Shown in pieces: positions 1 through 8,276 of a DNA stretch of 22,567 nt. The position numbers were made by a program, and so were the translations under genes. The notes beneath the pieces were generated by a model. The model made no database searches, was not told where the DNA came from, and saw only the letters and a program-made list of their open reading frames with translations. Position 1 is the stretch's first letter, and each line of letters opens with the position of its first letter. Source of the stretch: an uncultured bacterium (GTDB lineage: Bacteria > JAJVIF01 > JAPKYR01). The stretch spans positions 1 to 22,567 of the forward strand of contig CBDURU010000052.1 in the NCBI GenBank assembly GCA_965369865.1, in the 5' to 3' direction.

Positions 1-1200
1 ACTTCCATGACCATCAACTCCACGGCAATGATCCTTCTTGCCATGTACATTGCGGTGGCAGAGAAGCAGGGAGTCGATCAGAGGAAACTCACCGGAACGA
101 TCCAGAACGACATCCTGAAAGAATACATGGCAAGGGGAACCTATATTTATCCACCGGAGCCAAGTATGTATCTCGTGAGCGACTCTTTCAGGTATTGTTC
201 GCGTAATTTACCGAGATGGAATCCGATTTCCATTTCAGGCTATCACATCCGCGAGGCGGGATGCACGGCGGTGCAGGAAGTGGCATTTACACTCGCGGAT
301 GGCCGTCAGTATGTCCAGGCCGCCATCGACGCGGGACTGTCGGTAGACAGTTTCGCTCCCAGGCTCAGTTTCTTTTTCAACGCTCATAATAATCTTCTTG
401 AGGAAGTCGCCAAGTACCGGGCCGCAAGACGGTTGTGGGCAAAGATCATGAAAGAGGAGTTCAAGGCCGAGAATCCGAAAAGCTGGATGCTGAGGTTCCA
501 TACCCAGACCGCGGGAAGCATGCTCACAAGGGAACAACCGATTAACAACGCCATTCGTGTCGCGATGCAGGCTCTGGCCGCCGTTCTTGGAGGCACACAG
601 AGCCTTCATACGAATTCGATGGACGAAGCGTTGTGCCTGCCGACCGAATCAGCGGTATTGCTCGCGCTAAGGACACAGCAGGTTCTCGGGTACGAGAGCG
701 GGGTCGCCGACATAATCGATCCACTCGGGGGCAGTTGGGCGATCGAATTGCTTACGGATAAAATTGAGGCGGAAGCGAAAAATTATATCGGGGAAATCGA
801 CCGTCTCGGGGGCATGTTACAGGCCATCGAGGAAGGTTACCCGCAACGAGAAATCCAGAATTCGGCGTACGAATGGCAGAAATCGGTTGATTCCAATGAA
901 CGTGTGATTGTCGGCCTCAATAAATTCCAGGTGGATGAAAGCGGCGAGGACGAACTGGAATACCTGAGAGTAGATCCCTCTATCGGTGAGAAACAATGTG
1001 AAAAATTAGCCCGGCTTCGATCGGAACGCGATAATTCGAAAGTCGAAACCGCACTGGCTGAAATCCAGAAAGCCGCAGCCGACCGCGGCCATATTTTCGA
1101 GAAAATTCTCGACGCGGTGCGGGTCGAGGCAACTCTCGGGGAAATTTGTAACCGCCTCAGGGCTGAATTTGGAGAATACAAAGAAAGCATAGTAATCTGA
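1..1200 (+). CDS. Methylmalonyl-CoA mutase family, large (substrate-binding) subunit; 5'-truncated by the window edge
   Basis: Motifs [92 protein letters not shown]. The frame is open from base 1, and SMTIN is an internal motif, so ATG 7 is not the true start. No DxHxxG B12-binding domain before the stop. Confidence 0.93.
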   Translation, partial: TSMTINSTAMILLAMYIAVAEKQGVDQRKLTGTIQNDILKEYMARGTYIYPPEPSMYLVSDSFRYCSRNLPRWNPISISGYHIREAGCTAVQEVAFTLADGRQYVQAAIDAGLSVDSFAPRLSFFFNAHNNLLEEVAKYRAARRLWAKIMKEEFKAENPKSWMLRFHTQTAGSMLTREQPINNAIRVAMQALAAVLGGTQSLHTNSMDEALCLPTESAVLLALRTQQVLGYESGVADIIDPLGGSWAIELLTDKIEAEAKNYIGEIDRLGGMLQAIEEGYPQREIQNSAYEWQKSVDSNERVIVGLNKFQVDESGEDELEYLRVDPSIGEKQCEKLARLRSERDNSKVETALAEIQKAAADRGHIFEKILDAVRVEATLGEICNRLRAEFGEYKESIVI

Positions 1201-1202
1201 TC

Positions 1203-2510
1203 ATGAATTTCGACCCGATTGAATTCATAGCTCTGAAGAAAGACGGAAAAGAGCACGCGCCCCAGGAAATCAAGGCGTTTATCGATAACGTCGTCTCAGG
1301 CGATATTCCCGATTACCAGGTAACGGCATGGTTGATGGCGGCCTGTCTGAATGGCCTTTCTTTCGCTGAAACGTCGGCTTTAACAATGGCGATAGCGGAA
1401 TCCGGAAAAATTTACCAATGGGACAAGTCCGGCCCGCCAATAGTGGATAAACATTCAACCGGAGGCGTCGGAGATTCCACAACACTCATTGTCGCACCAC
1501 TCGTTGCGTCCATGGGGATGCGAATGGGGAAACATTCCGGACGCGGCCTCGGCCATACGGGAGGGACCATCGATAAACTGGAAAGCATCCCCGGGTTCCG
1601 TACCGACCTGTCAGAAGAAGAATTTAAAAACATCGTTAATTCTGTCGGATGCGCGATCGCGGGCCAGGACGATGAGATAACCCCGGCCGATGGAATCCTG
1701 TACGGCTTAAGGGATGTTACCGCGACTGTCAACCATCAGGCATTGATAGCATCGAGCATCATGTCCAAGAAAATTGCAGGCGGCGCGAAATCGATCCTGC
1801 TTGACATTAAAGTCGGAAGCGGGGCATTTATGAAGGATCCCGGGCAGGCCAGGTCGCTCGCCGATCTATTAATTGGGCTTGGCGAAAGCGCCGGGATAAA
1901 TTTGAAACCCCTGATGACTTCAATGGATTATCCACTTGGGCGCGCCGTGGGCAATGCACTGGAGGTTAAAGAAGCGATTAACGTGCTGAACAATAAAACA
2001 CCTTCCGACGATCCGCTGCGGGTGGTCAGTATCGAAATTGCCGCGCGCTTGTCCGGGATGTGTGGAATTGAACCTCTCGAGGAAGCACGTCTGACAGCGA
2101 CCGGGAAAATTGAAGATGGCGAAGCTTTAAATAAATTCAGAAAGATGATAGAAATGCAGGGCGGGGATCCGGGATGTGTCGATGAGCCTGATAAGATAAT
2201 TCCAATAGCCGGAACAATATTAAAAATCCCCAGTCTTAAAGAAGGTTACATCCTGGGATGCGATGCTCTTAAGATCGGAGAGCTTGTTCGCGATCTTGGC
2301 GGTGGAAGAAAATCAAAATCCGATGTGATCGATCGCGAGGTTGGCTTAATTCTTAAAGTAAGACAAAACGATCGGGTTGAGCAGGGTCATACTTTATGTG
2401 AAGTTTATAAAAATGATGCCGTGAGCGAAACAGAAACTTCCGAACGAGTTCTGGATGCTTTCAGGATCGTGGGTGTGTATCCCGGTGCTGCTGATTTGAT
2501 TCTCTATTGA
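1203..2510 (+). CDS. pdp: Pyrimidine-nucleoside phosphorylase / thymidine phosphorylase
   Basis: DKHSTGGVGD, SGRGLGHTGGTIDKLESIPG, LRDVTATV, LIASSIMSKKIA, DIKVGSGAFMK, GRAVGNALEV and a C-terminal LGGGR..K.D.ID..VG domain; 435 aa. Starts 2 nt after the mutase stop. Confidence 0.93.
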   Translation: MNFDPIEFIALKKDGKEHAPQEIKAFIDNVVSGDIPDYQVTAWLMAACLNGLSFAETSALTMAIAESGKIYQWDKSGPPIVDKHSTGGVGDSTTLIVAPLVASMGMRMGKHSGRGLGHTGGTIDKLESIPGFRTDLSEEEFKNIVNSVGCAIAGQDDEITPADGILYGLRDVTATVNHQALIASSIMSKKIAGGAKSILLDIKVGSGAFMKDPGQARSLADLLIGLGESAGINLKPLMTSMDYPLGRAVGNALEVKEAINVLNNKTPSDDPLRVVSIEIAARLSGMCGIEPLEEARLTATGKIEDGEALNKFRKMIEMQGGDPGCVDEPDKIIPIAGTILKIPSLKEGYILGCDALKIGELVRDLGGGRKSKSDVIDREVGLILKVRQNDRVEQGHTLCEVYKNDAVSETETSERVLDAFRIVGVYPGAADLILY

Positions 2511-2665
2511 GATCGATACCGTTAAACAAAAATTGATTGGATGTATAGCATTGATAATCGTCGACAAGCACGTTCGACACGGAGAATTTCGAGGCGTGCG
2601 GGATTGAGATGTCTCACTCAGCGTGTCGCCGCCACGCGATTAGGTTGGACATAAATAGCATTGAT

Positions 2666-2705
2666 GGGGACACCTGCTTTTCGACGAGCGAAAAGAGGTG
2701 TCCCC
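2666..2705. repeat. Inverted repeat (REP-like hairpin)
   Basis: GGGGACACCT-g-CTTTTCG [acgag] CGAAAAG-AGGTGTCCCC: 17-bp stem with one bulged G and a 5-nt loop. Confidence 0.85.
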
Positions 2706-2780
2706 TAAATTACACTGATGGAGGCGGGTGAAAAGAGGTGTCCCCTAAATTACACTGATGGAGGTGGGCGAAAAGAGGTG
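2690..2780. repeat. 40-bp tandem direct repeat (2 copies plus an 11-bp partial)
   Basis: GAAAAGAGGTGTCCCCTAAATTACACTGATGGAGG(C/T)GGG(T/C) at 2690-2729 and 2730-2769, then GAAAAGAGGTG at 2770-2780. Confidence 0.95.
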
Positions 2781-2823
2781 ATCTCGAATCAATATTTAAT
2801 TAACAAGATTGGTCAGAAACGCG

Positions 2824-2857
2824 AAAAAAGAACCTCCCTGTCTCACGGGAGGATTCT
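2824..2857 (-). terminator. Rho-independent terminator for the lipoprotein genes
   Basis: AGAACCTCCC..GGGAGGATTCT stem-loop with an A6 tract on its left, which is a U tract on the minus strand; about 70 nt past the 2928 stop. Confidence 0.75.
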
Positions 2858-2899
2858 ATATGCCTGAATTGAATACAAGTTCAGGAAATGCGAATTACG

Positions 2900-2943
2900 T
2901 AAGTTTTAGTAATATTCAAGATAAGTTTTAGTAATACTCAAGA
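2900..2943. repeat. 22-bp tandem duplication spanning the lipoprotein stop codon
   Basis: TAAGTTTTAGTAATATTCAAGA (2900-2921) and TAAGTTTTAGTAATACTCAAGA (2922-2943); one mismatch. Confidence 0.9.
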
Positions 2944-5309
2944 CATGTAAGGGTTACGTTCCCAGTACCGAAGGGCAAGTCATCCTGTAAAACATATATT
3001 TCAAAATTCTCAGGATCGACATCCATGGCAAAGGCATGTCCATTGTAAGGCCCGACAGTATATAAAGGCGTCTTCCAGCCATCAGCAAACGGCCCTAAAT
3101 CATCGTAAACATCGAAAATCTCTATGAACCATTGGGCAGTACCAAAGGTATAAAGCACCGCGACCCAGTTGTGCTCGGGATATGTGTCTAACCCCATGCT
3201 AACCTGGTTTACAAAGGCAGGCAGAACATCCACATCTACTATTTCGGGGGTTTCAAGACCCGGCCATGGAGCGCTGGTTCCAAGCAGGTTGTTTGTATAA
3301 GTCCGTATACGTGAATACGCAAAAGGACTCGTAAAGTCGATTCTGTAAATGTCCATTTCACGCTGATGTGATATGGGCGTGACCGTGCGGTCTTCAATGG
3401 TGTAAATATCAGCGGTAAACTGGTGGGTGATACCAAGTATCTGATCGTTGATACCCATTGCAACGAAGTCGGGATAACTTACACCGTACTGGAAAGGAGG
3501 CATCTCACCGGTCATTATGTCCTGCAAGGGAATCATCGCCCTGAATGCTTCGTACGGATCGTAATACGGATCGGCAATTCTATGAAGCGATTGCATTGGA
3601 GGCTGGCCATATCCAGCGGTGTCATCGTAAATGAAAATTGTGTAAATTGGATCACCGAACGTAAGGCCGAAACCTCCCGATACATCGCCACCGAGCTCAA
3701 GGTACGGGAACGGATCGTCAAGGGACCCCGTGTACCAGCATGTGTTAAACACCCCGACAGGGATATGCATAGCGGTACAATTTTTCACACGATATTCACC
3801 TGAAATAACCGTATTTGAATCGGAAAGCACCCCAAACGCGCCGCCCGCAGCCGCATCGATTCGCCTGGTCGGTTTCAACCACGATGACGGGGCACCCGGA
3901 TATCCGGCAAGGTAAATACCGGTATCGAAATCACGATTACAGGCAATATATTTTTCTGAATTATCGTCCTTAAAAATTATGAGCGATTCACCAGGCACTA
4001 TCGCCCAGTAATCATCGGGATTGGCAACAACCGTCAGATCGGGATTAATATTATCAATTGAAGGACCTGGAAATGGCAGGTTCAGGAAAGACCCCTGCCT
4101 TGGACGCCAGGCTGAAGCCACATCCACTACCGGTAACCTCCATATATTGTATGCCCGGTAATCGTCCCCGACGACACTCATCGCAATGTCTTCAACAACG
4201 ACAAGGATATCACTACCGCCCTGCTCCACATTACCGTACCCGGCTTTGTTCTGGATCGCCACCTGGTACCGGGTTATCGGATAACTGTCCCAGAGATAGG
4301 AGTTGGGATCGATGTCCATCCTGCCGGTGAAAAGGTCGGGGGATTCTATAGAGATGGATGAAATTGTATCGAAACCCTGGTGGTCGTAGACATCGATCAG
4401 GATGTTCGCGGTCCCGCCATGCCTTGTTAAATTGTTCGACAGAATGTTGATTGACAACTGGTAAGGTTCAAGTGAGTTGGCGGATTTGGCGAAATCAGTG
4501 TACGGGTTCGTCACCGGCCATGTCAACGGCATTTGCCAGCATGCGTCGACCGAGTAACCGAACCGGAAATAAGTAAACTGCTTCACATCAAGTTCATAGG
4601 TTTGTACAACCGTATGCCCCGGGTAAAGAAGCATTCCCTGTTCGTGAGAGAAAAAAAGCTTGTAAGGATGAAGGTTTCCAACAATAAATTTTTCTTCCGG
4701 CGGCGTCATTCGTCCCCGAAGATATTGACTCATCATATAGCCTTCAAAGGAGGTTTCACGATTGTAATGTGTTGTGTACCCGTCAGGATTCATAATAATC
4801 CTTGAAGCGGATAACGGGACTTCATCTCCGAACTTATTCCTGACCGTATGAAGTGGGAAAAATGAACCGGGATCGGCATCGAAAATCAAAATCCCCCGAG
4901 TGTCATGAGCGGTAATGTCCAGCCTGTCCGGAGGAAATGGATGCCTGATCGCGAGATCTACAAGAAGCGTTCCCTGGGGTGACCACTCCAGGTGCGGAAT
5001 ATAGACACAGTCGAGACAAGCCCAGCCTTCGAGCATATGGAGAATATTGAAATGAAGCTCGGCCTGGCGGGCGGGAATAATCTCCGCTGTCATGTTCTCG
5101 ACGTCAATTTCTATATCCCAGAACCCCATACTGAACCGGTTAGCCGGCATGTTGCCGTCCCATTCCACAGTAATTTCCATCTGGCCGGAGCTACCAGCGC
5201 CAGGGGCTAATGGGTTCCCGCTCTTACCGCATCCGATAGCAACGACAATCAGAAGTATGAAGATCCCTGCCAGTGAAAAATTTAACTTTTTATATCGAGA
5301 GACGCTCAC
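2928..5309 (-). CDS. Large lipoprotein of unknown function, 793 aa (paralog A)
   Basis: GTG start with SD GAGGAGG; basic N-terminus, hydrophobic stretch and lipobox-like AIG-C. Aligns along its whole length with the 5495-7870 protein (HPFP, NPDGY, GNLHP, YSVD, EPYQ, GGSD, AMDVD, terminal YY). Confidence 0.85.
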   Translation of the reverse strand: MSVSRYKKLNFSLAGIFILLIVVAIGCGKSGNPLAPGAGSSGQMEITVEWDGNMPANRFSMGFWDIEIDVENMTAEIIPARQAELHFNILHMLEGWACLDCVYIPHLEWSPQGTLLVDLAIRHPFPPDRLDITAHDTRGILIFDADPGSFFPLHTVRNKFGDEVPLSASRIIMNPDGYTTHYNRETSFEGYMMSQYLRGRMTPPEEKFIVGNLHPYKLFFSHEQGMLLYPGHTVVQTYELDVKQFTYFRFGYSVDACWQMPLTWPVTNPYTDFAKSANSLEPYQLSINILSNNLTRHGGTANILIDVYDHQGFDTISSISIESPDLFTGRMDIDPNSYLWDSYPITRYQVAIQNKAGYGNVEQGGSDILVVVEDIAMSVVGDDYRAYNIWRLPVVDVASAWRPRQGSFLNLPFPGPSIDNINPDLTVVANPDDYWAIVPGESLIIFKDDNSEKYIACNRDFDTGIYLAGYPGAPSSWLKPTRRIDAAAGGAFGVLSDSNTVISGEYRVKNCTAMHIPVGVFNTCWYTGSLDDPFPYLELGGDVSGGFGLTFGDPIYTIFIYDDTAGYGQPPMQSLHRIADPYYDPYEAFRAMIPLQDIMTGEMPPFQYGVSYPDFVAMGINDQILGITHQFTADIYTIEDRTVTPISHQREMDIYRIDFTSPFAYSRIRTYTNNLLGTSAPWPGLETPEIVDVDVLPAFVNQVSMGLDTYPEHNWVAVLYTFGTAQWFIEIFDVYDDLGPFADGWKTPLYTVGPYNGHAFAMDVDPENFEIYVLQDDLPFGTGNVTLTCLEYY

Positions 5310-5494
5310 AATAGCCTCCTCGGATTACCTGGAATTCATTTGCGTCGGACAAGTCTTGTCGGCATTTGTGGATACGATGAAGGAGTGCCGTAAATTTCAA
5401 AATTTTAATAAACGCCCGGCTGCCAAAATATTACTTATGCTTTGACCGCCGAGCGCATTGTTATCTCACAAATCTACCAGTACAGTCTCACCGT

Positions 5495-7870
5495 TTAATA
5501 GTAGAACTCAAACGGTGTCAAGTAATATTTATCGGAAGCATCTCTAAGAAGTACAAACACCTCGAAGTACTGGTGATCGACATCCATGGCCACCGCTTTC
5601 ATGCTGGAGGCAAAATCCAACGGAACCGAATTGGTAACGTAAATGGGGAGCAGCGGATCGTTCGTTGGATTATCCGGACTCGGATTGAGCGGATCATAGA
5701 AAGCCAGCCAGTAAGAGATATCATCCGTCATAAGGACACACAACCAGTTAAACTTCGCTGTTGTAATATCAATCAAGGTGACATTATTAGTGAATGCCGG
5801 AACGACCTCACAGTCAACAGCGTATCCGCCCGGGAATTCCGATTTGATACCAAAATCCGTCAGGTTCCAGAAGAATTCGCTGGGCAGGTTCGAGAAATTA
5901 ATCTTGAATCCTTCCATCTCACTGGTCGCAGTGGTCGGGTTGCTCTCAACAATATATACCGCATACCAGTTGTGTGGCAGTTGAAGTATATCAGAAGCCT
6001 CAGTATCGATACCGAACTTCAACCGTTCAGAGCCATAGTAAATTTCACCGGGCACACCACCGACATTTCCAAGCGGGATATCGGCCCTGAAAACATTCGG
6101 GCTAGCCGGTTGTACATATGGCGATGAAACGTTGATCACATGCCCGACAGTCGGAAGCGCACCTGATTCGTAGGCGAACAGGCCATATACGGGATCACCG
6201 TAAACGTTGCCCATTCCCGCCGTCACATCCCTGATCGTTTCAAGGAAGGCATTCGGGTCGCCTGGTATCCAGGTGCCGGAACTCCAACTGTAACCGTATA
6301 ACCCAAAAGGAGTGAACATGTTGATTGCGTGTTTGATTTTGTAATTACCGTCTCCGACGCTGCTTGTCGATGCAACGCCTGTCCAGCCAGGATTATTGCA
6401 ATCCATCGCATGCGGGTAGAGGAGCCATGAAGGTGGCTGTGCCTGTGGATAACCCGCGCGGATCTGCGTTGAGTTAATGGTCCTGTTCCATGCGATGAAC
6501 CTGGTATTAGCATCATCGAACATCAGCAGTTCGGGGTCAGGTCCGAACAGTTGGGCAGCTTCTTTCGGATAACTGAATACAGCGATATCCGGTTGACCGG
6601 TAGACAAAGTCGATGGCGTCAGGTATGGAGGTAACAAAGGCGTATTCACCCATGAACCATCACCGTCCCGGTCTCTCCAGAAACCGGGTTGGTCCATTAC
6701 AGGCAGTTTGAATATGTTGTAAGCCGTCAGGTCCGGGTTAATAACAGAATTAAGCGCATCTTCCACTGCGACAAGGAGGTCGCTCCCACCATTCGTGGTG
6801 AGCGCAGTACCCTTGGCATTAGGGATGACGATCTCGTACCTTCGCGAGTCGAGAGTCGGACTCATGATGTGGCTGTTGGGATCAATATCGATTTTTCCGA
6901 AGAACAGGTCGGGAGCTTCAACCTGGATATGCTTGAAGTCACTTGTATCCTGCCAGTCGAAAACATCAAATTGAACTGTTGCCGAACCACCGATTTTTGT
7001 AAGAGTATTAGCTGTGACTGTTGCTGAAATCTGGTAAGGCTCAGGGCAGTTTGCGGAGAGCGTGAAATCCTGCCAGGCATCACCCGTTGTGTCGATTGGC
7101 GGGTCCCATGAACAGTCCACCGAATAAGCAACTGAAAATGGCCCGGGTCCGACCTTGAAGTCGAACTGCCTGACCACTGACTGGTTGGGCATAAAAACAC
7201 GATTTAAATCATCGGAATGGTACTCGCGGAACGGGTGAAGGTTACCCTCGATGAAATATTCATCAGGGGTAGCAAACTTACCCCTGATATACCCGAATAT
7301 CATCGGGTGAAGCACTTCTTCCGATGTCCACCTGTTCCAGAGCGAGGAATAACCATCAGGGTTTAAAATTGTCCTCGATGCATAAATCGGCGACGGGTAA
7401 CCATGAAGATCGGGAGTCAGAGTCGCCGGGAATATTTTCGAGGCCGGTGTAATCATGATACACCTCATGTCCCTGCATGTAAGGCTACTAATGTATGGGA
7501 ACGGGTGTGTAATACGAATATCCACCAGGAGTGAATCATGATCCGACCATGAAACTGCGACAATCTGAAAGAAGTCCAGGCCCGGTTGCTGTTCCAGCCA
7601 ACCCAGAACGTTCAGGTGAAATGCCGCTTCCCTGATCGGTACCACTTCGACCTGGGAATGGTCTTCACTGAAATTTAGAATTCCCAGGCTCAGGACAAAC
7701 CGATCCGGTTCGATTGAAGCGTTAGTTTTTGGGTCAATTGATGGGGTTAATGCTACGTCCGTGTCGTCCAAATTTGGCGCAATTGGTCCCCCCCCGTTGG
7801 AGCAGCCTATCATGGTGACGATCAAGAGCAGGATCATTGCTGATGTTTTGAACAGACATCTTATTGGCAT
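5495..7870 (-). CDS. Large lipoprotein of unknown function, 791 aa (paralog B)
   Basis: ATG at 7870 has SD GGAGG 5 nt upstream, preferred over the GTG at 7882. Signal peptide with lipobox-like MIG-C; full-length similarity to paralog A. Confidence 0.85.
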   Translation of the reverse strand: MPIRCLFKTSAMILLLIVTMIGCSNGGGPIAPNLDDTDVALTPSIDPKTNASIEPDRFVLSLGILNFSEDHSQVEVVPIREAAFHLNVLGWLEQQPGLDFFQIVAVSWSDHDSLLVDIRITHPFPYISSLTCRDMRCIMITPASKIFPATLTPDLHGYPSPIYASRTILNPDGYSSLWNRWTSEEVLHPMIFGYIRGKFATPDEYFIEGNLHPFREYHSDDLNRVFMPNQSVVRQFDFKVGPGPFSVAYSVDCSWDPPIDTTGDAWQDFTLSANCPEPYQISATVTANTLTKIGGSATVQFDVFDWQDTSDFKHIQVEAPDLFFGKIDIDPNSHIMSPTLDSRRYEIVIPNAKGTALTTNGGSDLLVAVEDALNSVINPDLTAYNIFKLPVMDQPGFWRDRDGDGSWVNTPLLPPYLTPSTLSTGQPDIAVFSYPKEAAQLFGPDPELLMFDDANTRFIAWNRTINSTQIRAGYPQAQPPSWLLYPHAMDCNNPGWTGVASTSSVGDGNYKIKHAINMFTPFGLYGYSWSSGTWIPGDPNAFLETIRDVTAGMGNVYGDPVYGLFAYESGALPTVGHVINVSSPYVQPASPNVFRADIPLGNVGGVPGEIYYGSERLKFGIDTEASDILQLPHNWYAVYIVESNPTTATSEMEGFKINFSNLPSEFFWNLTDFGIKSEFPGGYAVDCEVVPAFTNNVTLIDITTAKFNWLCVLMTDDISYWLAFYDPLNPSPDNPTNDPLLPIYVTNSVPLDFASSMKAVAMDVDHQYFEVFVLLRDASDKYYLTPFEFYY

Positions 7871-7972
7871 GTTAACCTCCACTCATTGCTAAACGCCAGA
7901 CCGTTGGGTCGGCGGTTACACAATTCCTTTGAATTAGTTGGGATACAAGAAATCAGGAGTGGAGTCATATTA

Positions 7973-8001
7973 ATAATAGTACCGAATATTGATCTTGTCA
8001 A
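7973..8001 (-). promoter_or_regulatory. Sigma70-type promoter for the lipoprotein genes
   Basis: Minus strand TTGACA (8001-7996) - 17 nt - TATTAT (7978-7973). Confidence 0.75.
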
Positions 8002-8205
8002 GGCATTACATCTCATCTCATCATATTCCCTTCATAAAATTTTCATATCAGTCAGTTAAAGTAATATTCAATCAAAGAAAGATCATAAACAAACTGTTAC
8101 ATTTGATACCCCTGCCGGACAATACTCTAACATAAATACAGGCTAAAATGCATCATACATATCATTTTAATAAACATTTAACATTGTTGAGGCTGCCGGG
8201 AATCG

Positions 8206-8233
8206 TTGACAACCGGGTGTCAGCTCGTATACT
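8206..8233 (+). promoter_or_regulatory. Sigma70-type promoter for serS
   Basis: TTGACA (8206-8211) - 16 nt - TATACT (8228-8233), 43 nt before the ATG. Confidence 0.75.
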
Positions 8234-8276
8234 TGCGACCGTTCAGCTTTAAATAATTGTTCGGGAGCTTGATGAG

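Noticed and set aside
2555..2642. tRNA gene (three hairpins inside a closing stem)
   Set aside because: No 7-bp acceptor stem or 7-nt anticodon loop, and the GTTCGA lies near the 5' end rather than in a T-arm position.
2690..2780. CRISPR array
   Set aside because: The 40-bp units are contiguous with no unique spacers, there are only about 2.3 copies, and no cas genes are present.
2900..2943. Diversity-generating retroelement TR/VR pair (difference at an adenine near a gene 3' end)
   Set aside because: Only 22 bp with one synonymous mismatch; TR/VR pairs are much longer with many A mismatches, and there is no reverse transcriptase in the window.
5325..5372. c-di-GMP-I riboswitch (minus strand has ACAAA...hairpin...GACGCAAA)
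   Set aside because: Lacks the GGCAAA start, the GNRA tetraloop and the second stem with its receptor; the GACGCAAA is not shared by the paralogous leader.
7871..7882. GTG start at 7882 for lipoprotein B
   Set aside because: That GTG overlaps the GGAGG SD serving ATG 7870.
8234..8276. T-box leader for serS
   Set aside because: The promoter-to-ATG distance is about 40 nt and there is no T-box consensus.
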